Shown piece after piece: positions 10,164 to 19,798 of a stretch of 64,000 bases of DNA. The position numbers and the translations under genes were made by a program. Origin of the DNA: Gammaproteobacteria bacterium (lineage in GTDB: Bacteria; Pseudomonadota; Gammaproteobacteria; Enterobacterales; Neiellaceae); NCBI GenBank assembly GCA_017425245.1, contig JAFOOX010000053.1, positions 84,349 through 148,348 of the forward strand, in the 5' to 3' direction. The notes under the pieces were generated by a model that was not told the origin of the DNA, did no database searches, and saw only the letters and a program-made list of their open reading frames with translations. The first letter of the stretch is position 1. Every line of letters starts with the position of its first letter.

Positions 10164-12920
10164 ATGATGCAGCGTTTGGCGATTCCTTTCCTGATGTTGG
10201 CTGCTTTGGCCCTTGCCCATGCCCTCCCCGCTCAAGCGGCAACACCGACGGCTCAGCAGATTGAGCAGTTCAAGAAGTTGCCCAAGGCTCAACAGGAAGC
10301 CTTGGCACGCCAATACGGCATTCCACTGAATGCGCTCGGGGGTACGGCTATGCCTACAGCTGAGCCTGTTGACCCCATCAGTGTCAGTGCGCGGCCAGAT
10401 GCGTTTTCTGCAGAGCCAGATTTTTCGAACCTTCTTGCGGTTGAGCCTGCTCCAGACGTTGTAAAGCCGTTTGGCTATGACCTCTTTGCCGGTGCTCCAT
10501 CTACCTTTGCCCCGCTGGATTATGCGCCGGTGCCTGCCAACTACATCCTTGGCCCAGGTGACGGCCTGCGCATCCAGATTCTGGGTAAAGAGCCCGCCAT
10601 TCATGATCTGTTAGTCAACCGCGAAGGCGATCTCGATTTCCCGGATCTTGGCCCTATTAACGTTGCCGGACTGAGCTTCGATGAAGCCAAAACGGTGATT
10701 GCCGATCAGCTGCAGCAACGGATGATTGGTGCCACCGCTCACGTCACCATGGGCCAGCTACGGCCGATCCAGGTGTTTGTAATGGGGGAAGCCTGGCAGC
10801 CGGGTAGCTATACAGTCTCCGCACTCTCAACCATCACCAACACATTGTTCGCTGCCGGTGGGGTTAAGCCGATGGCGTCGTTGCGTAATATTCAGCTTAA
10901 ACGCGCGGGTGAGTTGGTGGCCACGCTCGATCTGTACGATCTGTTGATCGATGGTGACACCACCAATGATCTGATGCTCAAGCCAGGCGATGTGGTGCTG
11001 GTTCCTACGGTTGGTCAAACCATGACTGTCGATGGCCAGGTACGCCGCCCTGCCATTTATGAGATCAAAAAAAGTGAAACCATCAGCGACGCCCTGCGTT
11101 TTGCCGGTGGCTGGTTACCCGATGGTTACCCGGCTGGTGCCACCCTTGAGCGCTATGGCGCACGTAATCAGCGTCAGGTAGAAACACTCAATCTGGCGGC
11201 CGCCAAAGCCGGCGGACGAGCGGTGAAAGACGGCGACAGGCTGACCATTCCGGCCACCAGCAGCCGTTTCGATGCCAACGTCACTGTCATTGGCGCCGTG
11301 GTTCGCCCCGGCGGTCATGCCTTTGTTGAAGGCATGCGCCTGACCTCGCTCATTGACTCACCAACCGGCGACCTGCTGGCCGAGGCTGATCTCGACTACA
11401 CCCTCATTGTTCGCGAGCGCAACATTCGCGGCGATATTGATGTCATTCAAACCAGCCTGGGTGACGCCATTGAAGCGCCAGGCGGCAGTGCTGACGTGCG
11501 TTTGCAGGCGCGCGACAAGGTGCTGGTGTTCAGCCGCCATGAACGTAAGCCCAAAGATCTGACTGAGCTGGATCAGTTCGCCGGCACCAGCGAGCAGTTG
11601 CAGAAACGCCGGGATGAGATGCTTGAAGCCCGAAAAGCCGACAATATCTACTGGAAGGAATATCTGGCCGAGTTCTTCGGCCTGGATTCGAATGTTGAAA
11701 CCCTGGAGCAGGATATCGACACCAAGCTCAAGGAGCTCAAGGTCAGTGAGCGTTCGTTGGAGCAGATGATCGCCGCCGTTGACGAGCAGGGTGGGGATAT
11801 CGGCGATGTGCGCGATGCTCGCGATTTCAGCCGGTCACGCCTGCTAGCGCCGGTGATCAGCAGCCTTGAGCGCCAGGCCGGCGCCGGTGACCCGGTGCAG
11901 CTGGTCGAAATCTCCGGTGCGGTCAAATACCCCGGCATCTATCCCTTGCCTAGCAATGGCAAAGTAGGAGACCTGATCAAGGCCGCGGGCGGCCTGACCG
12001 AGATCGCCTTCACCGGCAATGCAGAGCTAACCCGCACCGAACTGGTGGGCGACCAACAGGCCCGGGTGACCCATCTGCGCTTCAACGTCGCCAGCGCCTT
12101 GACGGGCGCACTGAGCGACAACCTGGCGCTGGCCAGTAAAGACCGGGTGATCATTCAGACGTTGCCGGAGTTCATTGCCGACAGCACCATTGAACTGGTG
12201 GGCGAGGTGCGCTTTCCGGGAACTTACGCCTTTGGTCGCGGCGAAACGCTGAGCGACGTTATCGAGCGCGCAGGCGGCTTTACCGATCAGGCCCATATGT
12301 CTGCAGCCATCCTGACGCGGGAGTCAATCCGCAAGCAGGAGATGGAGTACATTGAGCGCATCAGCGAGGACATGCGCAAAGAGCTGGCCAGCATGAGCCT
12401 GCGCACCAGCACTGGCGCAGGGCAGCTGGTTGACTACAGTCAGCTACAGCAACTGATGAACGACCTTACCCGTATCAAGCCGGTCGGTCGTCTGGTAGTG
12501 GATGTTCCAGCGCTGATGAATGGCGACAGCAACAACAACGTGCGGTTGGAGCCGGGCGACAAGCTGTATATTCCCGCATTCCGCAACATCATCAACGTGG
12601 TCGGGCAGGCCCAGTTGCCTACAACGCATCTGTATCAGCCAGGGACAACGGTGGATGATTATCTGCGTCTCTCCGGTGGCCTGAAACGCCAGGCAGACGA
12701 TGATCGAATCTATGTACTCAAGGCCAATGGTGCGGTGCGAATGCCCAACAGCGGCTTCTGGTTCAGCGCGGCCAGCAGCGACAGCATGCTGGAGCCGGGC
12801 GACACCATTGTGGTACCCCTGGACGTGAACTACCGCGACAACCTGACGCTGTGGACCAACGTCACCCAGATTCTTTACAACACCGGTGTGGCTGTTGCTG
12901 CAATAGCAGCCGTGATCTGA
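10164..12920 (+). CDS. Large (918-aa) outer-membrane polysaccharide export protein, Wza-like with multiple SLBB-type repeats
   Basis: Signal peptide (MMQRLAIPFLMLAALALAHALPAQA), a Wza-like region (PGDGLRIQILGKEP..) and repeated soluble-ligand-binding beta-grasp-like segments. The track ORF starts at GTG 10149; ATG 10164 is preferred. Confidence 0.75.
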   Translation: MMQRLAIPFLMLAALALAHALPAQAATPTAQQIEQFKKLPKAQQEALARQYGIPLNALGGTAMPTAEPVDPISVSARPDAFSAEPDFSNLLAVEPAPDVVKPFGYDLFAGAPSTFAPLDYAPVPANYILGPGDGLRIQILGKEPAIHDLLVNREGDLDFPDLGPINVAGLSFDEAKTVIADQLQQRMIGATAHVTMGQLRPIQVFVMGEAWQPGSYTVSALSTITNTLFAAGGVKPMASLRNIQLKRAGELVATLDLYDLLIDGDTTNDLMLKPGDVVLVPTVGQTMTVDGQVRRPAIYEIKKSETISDALRFAGGWLPDGYPAGATLERYGARNQRQVETLNLAAAKAGGRAVKDGDRLTIPATSSRFDANVTVIGAVVRPGGHAFVEGMRLTSLIDSPTGDLLAEADLDYTLIVRERNIRGDIDVIQTSLGDAIEAPGGSADVRLQARDKVLVFSRHERKPKDLTELDQFAGTSEQLQKRRDEMLEARKADNIYWKEYLAEFFGLDSNVETLEQDIDTKLKELKVSERSLEQMIAAVDEQGGDIGDVRDARDFSRSRLLAPVISSLERQAGAGDPVQLVEISGAVKYPGIYPLPSNGKVGDLIKAAGGLTEIAFTGNAELTRTELVGDQQARVTHLRFNVASALTGALSDNLALASKDRVIIQTLPEFIADSTIELVGEVRFPGTYAFGRGETLSDVIERAGGFTDQAHMSAAILTRESIRKQEMEYIERISEDMRKELASMSLRTSTGAGQLVDYSQLQQLMNDLTRIKPVGRLVVDVPALMNGDSNNNVRLEPGDKLYIPAFRNIINVVGQAQLPTTHLYQPGTTVDDYLRLSGGLKRQADDDRIYVLKANGAVRMPNSGFWFSAASSDSMLEPGDTIVVPLDVNYRDNLTLWTNVTQILYNTGVAVAAIAAVI

Positions 12921-12934
12921 TGAGGGCCACCGCA

Positions 12935-13924
12935 ATGACCGAGCATGCTACTGCTGCTATGAGTAACCAGCCGCAACAGGTGCAGCTGGTGTACGCCATG
13001 CCGTCACCGCAGCCAGACGACGAGATCGACCTCGGCCAGATCTGGGCGGCGCTGTGGGCCGGCAAATGGTGGATTATCCTCTCCTGCATGTTGGCGACTG
13101 TGGTTGCTGCTGCTATCGTTATCACAATGCCTAACATTTACCGGGCAAAGGTAGTTGTCGCGCCATCAGAGGAAGCCCAAGGTGGTGGACTTGGGGCTAT
13201 GGCTGGCCAGCTGGGCGGGTTGGCATCCTTGGCGGGAATAGACCTGAAAGGCAATAAAGTCGACAAAGCCGCTTATGCGCAGGAAGTAGTCAAGTCACGC
13301 GCGTTTGTTGTTGATTTCATCAAGCGTCATGAGCTGTTAGTGCCTTTAATGGCAGCGGAAGGGTGGCGGCCAGAGAGCGATACTCTAGTAATAAACGAAG
13401 ATATCTATGATGAAGTTTCACAGACTTGGGTACGTAAGGTCAAACCACCCCAAGCACCGAAACCGAGTGACTGGGAGGCGTTTGATGCGTTCCAGAAGAC
13501 TTATACCGTAATGCAAGATAAGCGGTCTGGCATGGTGACCATTAGCGTTGAACATTACAGCCCAACCCTTGCCGCCACATGGGCATCGCTGCTGGTAGCT
13601 GATATAAACAGCGCAATGCGCCAGGCCGATGTCAACGAGGCCAAACGTAGTATCGACTTTCTTAAAGAGCACCTCAACAAGACGAATGTGGCTGAGGTTC
13701 AAAAAATTTTCTATCAGTTGGTCGAACAGCAAACCAAAACCATCATGCTGGCTGAGGTTAGACCGGAATATGTATTTAAAACCGTCGACCCTGCAGTTGC
13801 GCCAGAAAAAATAGAAAAGCCAAAGCGTACTTTGATTGTGGCCCTCGCCACGATCGTGGGCGGCATGTTATCAACCCTCGTTGTACTTGTGCGTAGCTTC
13901 AGACAGAAGCCTGCCGGCATGTGA
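12935..13924 (+). CDS. wzz: Wzz-family polysaccharide co-polymerase (chain-length determinant)
   Basis: TM1 near the N-terminus (WWIILSCMLATVVAAAIVITM), a large periplasmic coiled region and a C-terminal TM (LIVALATIVGGMLSTLVVLV). ATG 12935 was chosen over the upstream overlapping start. Confidence 0.75.
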   Translation: MTEHATAAMSNQPQQVQLVYAMPSPQPDDEIDLGQIWAALWAGKWWIILSCMLATVVAAAIVITMPNIYRAKVVVAPSEEAQGGGLGAMAGQLGGLASLAGIDLKGNKVDKAAYAQEVVKSRAFVVDFIKRHELLVPLMAAEGWRPESDTLVINEDIYDEVSQTWVRKVKPPQAPKPSDWEAFDAFQKTYTVMQDKRSGMVTISVEHYSPTLAATWASLLVADINSAMRQADVNEAKRSIDFLKEHLNKTNVAEVQKIFYQLVEQQTKTIMLAEVRPEYVFKTVDPAVAPEKIEKPKRTLIVALATIVGGMLSTLVVLVRSFRQKPAGM

Positions 13925-13940
13925 TCTTAGAGGATAGGAT

Positions 13941-15011
13941 ATGGATATGGCATGGGCTGCATTGACAGCAGCAGCAGGAACGATTCTCGGCCTTAAATGT
14001 ATCAAGCCCATCGCCTTGCGTTTGGGGCTCGTTGATAAGCCCTGCGCACGAAAGCAGCACGACGGACATATTCCACTGGTCGGCGGTATATCGGTATTCG
14101 TAGGCGTGCTGTTTACATCAATGTTGTGGTTGCCGGAATCACGGCAGTTCAATCTTTATCTGATTGCCTCGGCGATTATGGTGTTTATCGGGGCGCTCGA
14201 TGACCGTCACAATCTGAGTGTCAGGGTGCGCTTGGTCGGCCAAGTTTTGGTTGCCAGTATCATGATCTTTGGAGCTGGCATCTATATCAAAGATTTGGGT
14301 AATCTGTTCGGCTTTGGCAGTGTCAACCTCGGCTGGTTTGGCATTCCATTCACTTACCTGGCAGTACTTGGCGCAATTAACGCCTATAACATGATTGATG
14401 GGATCGATGGTCTTGTAGGTACGCTTTCAGTTATCACGCTAAGCTTCCTAGCCACCCTCTTTCTGTTGGCCGATGGCAATAGCCACGCAGGCTATTTGTC
14501 ATTCATCGTGGTCATCGCCATCCTACCGTTCTTATTCTTTAATCTATTTGGCAAGCCTAATGATGGTCGCTTGCGCAAAATTTTTATGGGTGATGCTGGT
14601 TCCATGTTTATTGGCTTTACCGTAGTCTGGCTCCTTGCGGAAGGTTGTCAGGGGGCTAACCCCGTATTCCAACCAGTTCTGGCTCTTTGGATCATCGCGG
14701 TACCGCTCATGGATATGGCGTCGGTCATGATCCGGCGATGGCGCAAGGGGCAGTCGCCCTTTATCGCTGATCGCGATCACTTGCATCACATATTCATGCG
14801 AGCAGGTTTCTCTGCAAGTGAGGCATTGATATTTATTTCATGCATTGCCGCGGTTTTGGCCATTGTCGGAACGTGGCTAAATTTCGTGAATGTTCCATCT
14901 TGGATGTCTCTTTTTATATTTATGGGAGTATTTTCAGTATACTCGGCAACTCTGCAAAGAGCCTGGACGTTTTCTAAATGGCTGCGGATGCGACGAAAAC
15001 TAGAAGAATAG
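13941..15011 (+). CDS. wecA: Undecaprenyl-phosphate HexNAc-1-phosphate transferase (WecA/WbpL-like, MraY/GT4 family)
   Basis: Polytopic membrane protein with DDxxD-like motifs (GALDDRHNL; NAYNMIDGIDGL), typical of the initiating transferase. Confidence 0.8.
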   Translation: MDMAWAALTAAAGTILGLKCIKPIALRLGLVDKPCARKQHDGHIPLVGGISVFVGVLFTSMLWLPESRQFNLYLIASAIMVFIGALDDRHNLSVRVRLVGQVLVASIMIFGAGIYIKDLGNLFGFGSVNLGWFGIPFTYLAVLGAINAYNMIDGIDGLVGTLSVITLSFLATLFLLADGNSHAGYLSFIVVIAILPFLFFNLFGKPNDGRLRKIFMGDAGSMFIGFTVVWLLAEGCQGANPVFQPVLALWIIAVPLMDMASVMIRRWRKGQSPFIADRDHLHHIFMRAGFSASEALIFISCIAAVLAIVGTWLNFVNVPSWMSLFIFMGVFSVYSATLQRAWTFSKWLRMRRKLEE

Positions 15012-15324
15012 AATATTTAAAGCTGTTGATACGATCAATCATATTAATTTGAGGGACCATGAAAGACAACTAATGGTGTGGACATTGGTTACCATTTTGA
15101 TGATTTCTAACGTAAGATACGCCGTTTCTAACTGAAGAGTACTATTCTTAATCATGCCAATGCCCATCCTATGGGTCATAGATGTTCTGTACATGTAGAA
15201 ATTCACCTGAAGCCTGCAAGGGACTGTGCAAACTAAAATATAATGCGGCATTAACTTAATCGCCGCAGCTGTCTCAATTTTTCGACAAGACTCTCGAAGT
15301 TAAGTGAAGCTCACGAGGAAGCAT

Positions 15325-16443
15325 ATGGAGAATAATATTTACGTTACACAGCCTTTTCTTCCTTCACTGGACGAGTTTATTCCCTATCTACAGCAGATTT
15401 GGGATAACAAAATTCTTACAAACTGTGGGCCTTTCCATCGACAGTTGGAACTTGCGCTTTGCGAGCATCTCGGTGTTCCACATCTGGCACTAGTGACAAA
15501 TGCCACAATTGGCTTGGTAACAGCATTGCAGGCTCTGCGGATTACCGGTGAGGTTATAACAACACCATACTCCTTTGTCGCTACAGCCCATTCATTAATA
15601 TGGAATGGAATTACTCCGGTGTTTGTCGATGTTGATCCAGAGACACTGAACATCGACCCGGGGAAAATTGAAGCAGCAATTACTTCGCGAACAACAGCAA
15701 TCATGGCAGTGCACTGCTATGGTAATCCATGTAATGTTAAAGAAATTCAGAATATTGCTGATCGCTATAATTTGAGAGTAATATATGATGCGGCACATGC
15801 GTTCGGTGTTGGTAATGCTGATGGCAGCGTTTTGTGCCATGGTGATCTCTCTGTTTTGAGTTTTCATGCGACTAAGGTATTTAATACATTTGAAGGTGGA
15901 GCCATCATTTGTCCAGATGAGAAGACAAAGATGCGCATTGATAGACTAAAAAACTTTGGGTTTACAGATGAAGTAACTGTTGTTGCGCCAGGCATCAATG
16001 GAAAAATGAGTGAGATCAACGCTGCCTTTGGCCTTTTACAGCTAAAGCATTTAGGAGAAGCGCTAGCTCGTCGTTCTGAGATCGACTGCACTTATCGTGA
16101 GCAATTATCAGATGTTCCCGGTATACGGTGCTTGTCACCGTCTTATAGCATGCCGGATGGATATAGCTCTAACTACTCGTACTTTCCAATTATTATAGGC
16201 GATGACTATGGTATGAGTCGAGACGAACTCTATCAGAAGCTAAAGGATAATAACGTATTTTCGCGGCGATACTTTTATCCGTTAATTTCAGACTTCCCGA
16301 TGTACCGTTGCTTCCAGTCGGCTCAGCGCGCGAATTTGCCTGTAGCTGCGGCGGCTTCCGATCGCGTTCTATGTCTACCTATCTACCCAGCGATGCAGGA
16401 CGTAGATCAGCAGCGTGTCATAAAGTTGATAAAGGGGCTATGA
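15325..16443 (+). CDS. DegT/DnrJ/EryC1/StrS-family sugar aminotransferase (PLP-dependent)
   Basis: Family-typical sequence and a PLP-lysine context (SFHATKVFNTFEGGAI). It is the first gene of the AT-rich serotype-specific block. Confidence 0.85.
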   Translation: MENNIYVTQPFLPSLDEFIPYLQQIWDNKILTNCGPFHRQLELALCEHLGVPHLALVTNATIGLVTALQALRITGEVITTPYSFVATAHSLIWNGITPVFVDVDPETLNIDPGKIEAAITSRTTAIMAVHCYGNPCNVKEIQNIADRYNLRVIYDAAHAFGVGNADGSVLCHGDLSVLSFHATKVFNTFEGGAIICPDEKTKMRIDRLKNFGFTDEVTVVAPGINGKMSEINAAFGLLQLKHLGEALARRSEIDCTYREQLSDVPGIRCLSPSYSMPDGYSSNYSYFPIIIGDDYGMSRDELYQKLKDNNVFSRRYFYPLISDFPMYRCFQSAQRANLPVAAAASDRVLCLPIYPAMQDVDQQRVIKLIKGL

Positions 16444-16444
16444 A

Positions 16445-17020
16445 TTGGCTCAGCTAAGTGCAGATGCTCTTGCTAACATGGGGTTTGCATCGATAGGTCG
16501 CAATGTTGCGATCTCAGATCGTGCTTCTTTCTACGGCTGCTCGAAAATCCGTATAGGTAACAACGTTAGGATTGATGACTTTTGCGTTCTGTCTGCCGGG
16601 GCAGGCGGTATTTCCATCGGTAACCACGTTCACTTGGCAGTATACTCTTGTCTAATCGGTGCCGCTCTTATTACTATTTCCGATTTTGCTAATGTTTCGT
16701 CGCGAGTTGCGATCTATTCGAGTAGTGACGACTACTCTGGCGCTACGATGACCAATCCTACAATACCCGAGGAGTTCAAGTCTGTGGAGCATGCGCCAGT
16801 CAGCATCGGCCGCCATGTGCTTATCGGAAGCGGCTCCGTAATCTTGCCGGGGGCAGTGTTAGAGGACGGGGTGGCTGTTGGTGCTCTCAGCATGATGCGT
16901 GGTCATAGCAAATCGTTTGGAATCTACGCGGGGGTGCCTGCTAGGCGTATCCGCGACCGACGCCGCGATTTGCTTGAGATTGAGCGGCATTTTATGCTGT
17001 CCAAGACGGAGTCTCGGTGA
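16445..17020 (+). CDS. Hexapeptide-repeat (left-handed beta-helix) sugar N-acetyltransferase (WbpD/PglD-like)
   Basis: Hexapeptide repeats (IGNNVRIDDFCVLSAG.., IGRHVLIGSGSVILPGAVLEDGVAVGA). The track start is TTG 16445; the alternative ATG is at 16478. Confidence 0.75.
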   Translation: MAQLSADALANMGFASIGRNVAISDRASFYGCSKIRIGNNVRIDDFCVLSAGAGGISIGNHVHLAVYSCLIGAALITISDFANVSSRVAIYSSSDDYSGATMTNPTIPEEFKSVEHAPVSIGRHVLIGSGSVILPGAVLEDGVAVGALSMMRGHSKSFGIYAGVPARRIRDRRRDLLEIERHFMLSKTESR

Positions 17021-17024
17021 TGCC

Positions 17025-18554
17025 ATGTCTCTGAAGTTGAACGTCGCTGCCAACTACGGAAGTCAGATCTACACAACGTTGATAGGCATAATTCTGGTAC
17101 CACTTTATTTGCAGAGAATGGGACCCGAATCGTTTGGCCTTGTTGGCTTTTTCTCGATGCTTCAGGCGTGGTTCAGTATCTTAGATCTAGGTCTGACTCC
17201 GACGATTGCGCGCGAGTCAGCACGTTACTTCGGAGGGGCATTGCCGCCTCAGGACTATCGGCGTCTATGCGGTGTTCTCAGTACCATCTTTGCCGCGGTA
17301 GCGCTTGTCGGCGGCGGCCTCTTAGTTGCGATTGCTCCTGTTGTGGCGAGCGACTGGCTTCATTTGAATAACTTGCCCACTAGTGACGTTGTTTTTTCTT
17401 TGCAAATAATGGGGCTTACCGTTGCGATGCGATGGATGGGAGGACTATATCGCGGCATTGTTAGCGGTGCCGAGCGATTGACTTGGTTAAGCTCATTCAA
17501 CGCACTGATCGCTACGCTACGTTTTGCCGCCGTATTCGTGTCGATGGGGGTGTGGGGGTATACGCCGATGGTCTTTTTTATGCACCAACTCGTCGTAGCC
17601 GCGCTGGAACTGGGCATGTTGTATTTAAAGTCTGCAAGGCTACTGCCTCGCCTAAAATACCCAGAGCAATCTAACAGCTCGTCTTTTTCTATGCTAGCGC
17701 CGCTATTGAAATTTTCGCTGACGATAGCGTTCACTTCGTCGGTATGGGTTTTTGTCACGCAAAGCGATAAGCTAGTTCTCTCGGGAATTTTGCCGCTGTC
17801 TGAATATGGGCTGTTTACACTGGCGGTGATGGTATCTGGAGGCATCACCATAGTTACAGGACCTGTCAGTACTGTACTGCTACCACGGCTGGCTCGGCTT
17901 TACGCAGAAGGAAATCATGATGAAATAATTCGCCTTTATAATGTTTTTGCACAATTGGTTGGCGTTATTTCTATTTCCTTGGCAACCACATTTGTGTGCG
18001 GAGCTGAGTCCCTTTTATTTGCGTGGACTGGAGACCAATATGTATCCAGTGCAGCGGCACCAGTGGTGCGCTTATATGCAGTTGGGAATGGGATGCTGGC
18101 GCTAGGTGCCTTTCCCTTCTATTTACAGTATGCGCGAGGTAATCTTCGTTACCACCTAATTGGAAATGTAGTACTAACCGTGCTTCTCATTCCCTCTATC
18201 ATGCTTGCTGCCTTTCTGGCTGGCGGCGAAGGCGCTGGATGGGTTTGGGTGGGTATGAATATCATATACTTATTTGGCTGGGTTGCGTATATACATGGCA
18301 AGTTAGAACCAGGGTTACATGTAAAATGGCTATGTAGAAATGTACTTGCGATACTGCTGCCAACCGCGTTGATGGGTATATTGCTATCAACCTATTTTGA
18401 TGTGGCACCGGTAAGTCGGTGGCAAGCCGTTGTACATATCAGTTTTGTTTTCTTTGCCTGCGCTATTACTGCTTTTTTGGCATCTTCTGACGGTCGGAAT
18501 CGTCTTCTCCGCTGTAGGCTTAGTGTACGAAAGGACCGCGAGAAGAGCGCATGA
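17025..18554 (+). CDS. wzx: Wzx-type polysaccharide flippase (MOP/PST superfamily)
   Basis: 509-aa polytopic membrane protein with PST-like TM organisation. ATG 17025 overlaps the acetyltransferase stop. Confidence 0.75.
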   Translation: MSLKLNVAANYGSQIYTTLIGIILVPLYLQRMGPESFGLVGFFSMLQAWFSILDLGLTPTIARESARYFGGALPPQDYRRLCGVLSTIFAAVALVGGGLLVAIAPVVASDWLHLNNLPTSDVVFSLQIMGLTVAMRWMGGLYRGIVSGAERLTWLSSFNALIATLRFAAVFVSMGVWGYTPMVFFMHQLVVAALELGMLYLKSARLLPRLKYPEQSNSSSFSMLAPLLKFSLTIAFTSSVWVFVTQSDKLVLSGILPLSEYGLFTLAVMVSGGITIVTGPVSTVLLPRLARLYAEGNHDEIIRLYNVFAQLVGVISISLATTFVCGAESLLFAWTGDQYVSSAAAPVVRLYAVGNGMLALGAFPFYLQYARGNLRYHLIGNVVLTVLLIPSIMLAAFLAGGEGAGWVWVGMNIIYLFGWVAYIHGKLEPGLHVKWLCRNVLAILLPTALMGILLSTYFDVAPVSRWQAVVHISFVFFACAITAFLASSDGRNRLLRCRLSVRKDREKSA

Positions 18555-19798
18555 ATTATTTTAAGTCAATTGATTTTCCGCTGCATTTGATGGTGTACTG
18601 GTGGTTGTTTTGGATAGCGATCTCGTACACTCCATTTAATGAATTCGTAGCCCCATCACTCGTAACACTTATCCAGTTTCTTCTGCTGCTATCTTCATTT
18701 GTTATTGGTCATGCGGTAATCAAGAAAATACGACCCTATCACCGTGGCTTTATTAATCTGCCATATGCTCACGGTCTTCGATTGCGGGAGATGCGTGTAC
18801 GATTAATATGGGCAATAGGTGCATTAGGTAGTTTATCTATGCTGCTGGTAAGTCTTAAAATGGCGGGAGCATTTGAAACAAGCTTTGTTGATTATTTTGT
18901 GAAGCTTCGTGTTAATAGTAATGAATTGCTTACCGTGGAGGTTACTGGTAGTCGAGCACTTGATGTGCTAACTAAAATTTTTGCATTTCCGCTTGCGTAC
19001 ACATTATTGGTAACAGCGCTAGCCGTAGAACTGTCTGGCTTGAGAAACATTTCCGTAATATGCATATTGAGTTTTATCTCCTTTTCATATCTCTGGCAAA
19101 TTAACTATCCCCTCATCCATTTGTTCTGGCTAATGGTTTTTTATGTGCTTCATATTGCACATAAGTCTAGACGTTTCAATTGGCGACTACTGAGTGTGCT
19201 GGTTCTTATTTGCGCAATTCTTTTTGCCTCAGCCGCCAATAGATACGGTGGCGATGTGCTTGGTGCTCTTCAGCGTTACGTTGTAGGCTACCATTTAGTA
19301 GGGTTTTCTTTCTATGACTATCATTACAGGAACGTAGACAGCATTCTTCATGCCCATAGCTTTGGCAGGTCATCTCTTGGATTTTTAGAGCAAATTTTAG
19401 AGAATGCTTTAGAGCCATTCTCTTCCGAATTTAGGGCAGCTAGTTTTGAGAATGCAGAGTTCACTAATACTGCAATTGACATTGGTAGTCAACAAGCTAA
19501 AGAATTTAACGCCTTCGGCACAATAATTTTTACATTATATCGGGACTTAAACTGGGTCGGGATTTTTATAGGTGGATTTATTTATGGCTCGGTAACAACG
19601 CTTTCTCTTTATCGAAGCCATTACTCTTGGCGCCATGGGGCACTGTTTTTTATGTTAGCCACGGCTTGGATGATGGGGATGATGGTCAGCCCGCTTGAGG
19701 CTGCATACTTTTGGTTTGTTATTGTGACTCTAAGTTTGTTGCAGATTGTGAACAGGGGAGTGCGATGGCCATCCGTACCGCAGAGAGAAGTAACATGA
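18551..19798 (+). CDS. wzy: Wzy-type O-antigen/polysaccharide polymerase (putative)
   Basis: 415-aa multi-TM protein with a large loop, AT-rich with no recognisable family, sitting between wzx and the glycosyltransferases. Confidence 0.55.
   Translation: MNYFKSIDFPLHLMVYWWLFWIAISYTPFNEFVAPSLVTLIQFLLLLSSFVIGHAVIKKIRPYHRGFINLPYAHGLRLREMRVRLIWAIGALGSLSMLLVSLKMAGAFETSFVDYFVKLRVNSNELLTVEVTGSRALDVLTKIFAFPLAYTLLVTALAVELSGLRNISVICILSFISFSYLWQINYPLIHLFWLMVFYVLHIAHKSRRFNWRLLSVLVLICAILFASAANRYGGDVLGALQRYVVGYHLVGFSFYDYHYRNVDSILHAHSFGRSSLGFLEQILENALEPFSSEFRAASFENAEFTNTAIDIGSQQAKEFNAFGTIIFTLYRDLNWVGIFIGGFIYGSVTTLSLYRSHYSWRHGALFFMLATAWMMGMMVSPLEAAYFWFVIVTLSLLQIVNRGVRWPSVPQREVT

Noticed and set aside
9741-10604. 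287-aa minus-strand ORF spanning the rfaH 3' half and the operon leader
   Set aside because: It is antisense to rfaH, which has clear homology, and crosses an intergenic leader. It is a Cys/Arg-rich nonsense translation.
16899-17024. N-terminal 42-aa extension of the wzx ORF overlapping the acetyltransferase gene
   Set aside because: The extension is out of character (Cys/Arg-rich) and overlaps the upstream gene by 120 bp. ATG 17025 gives a typical flippase N-terminus right after the upstream stop.
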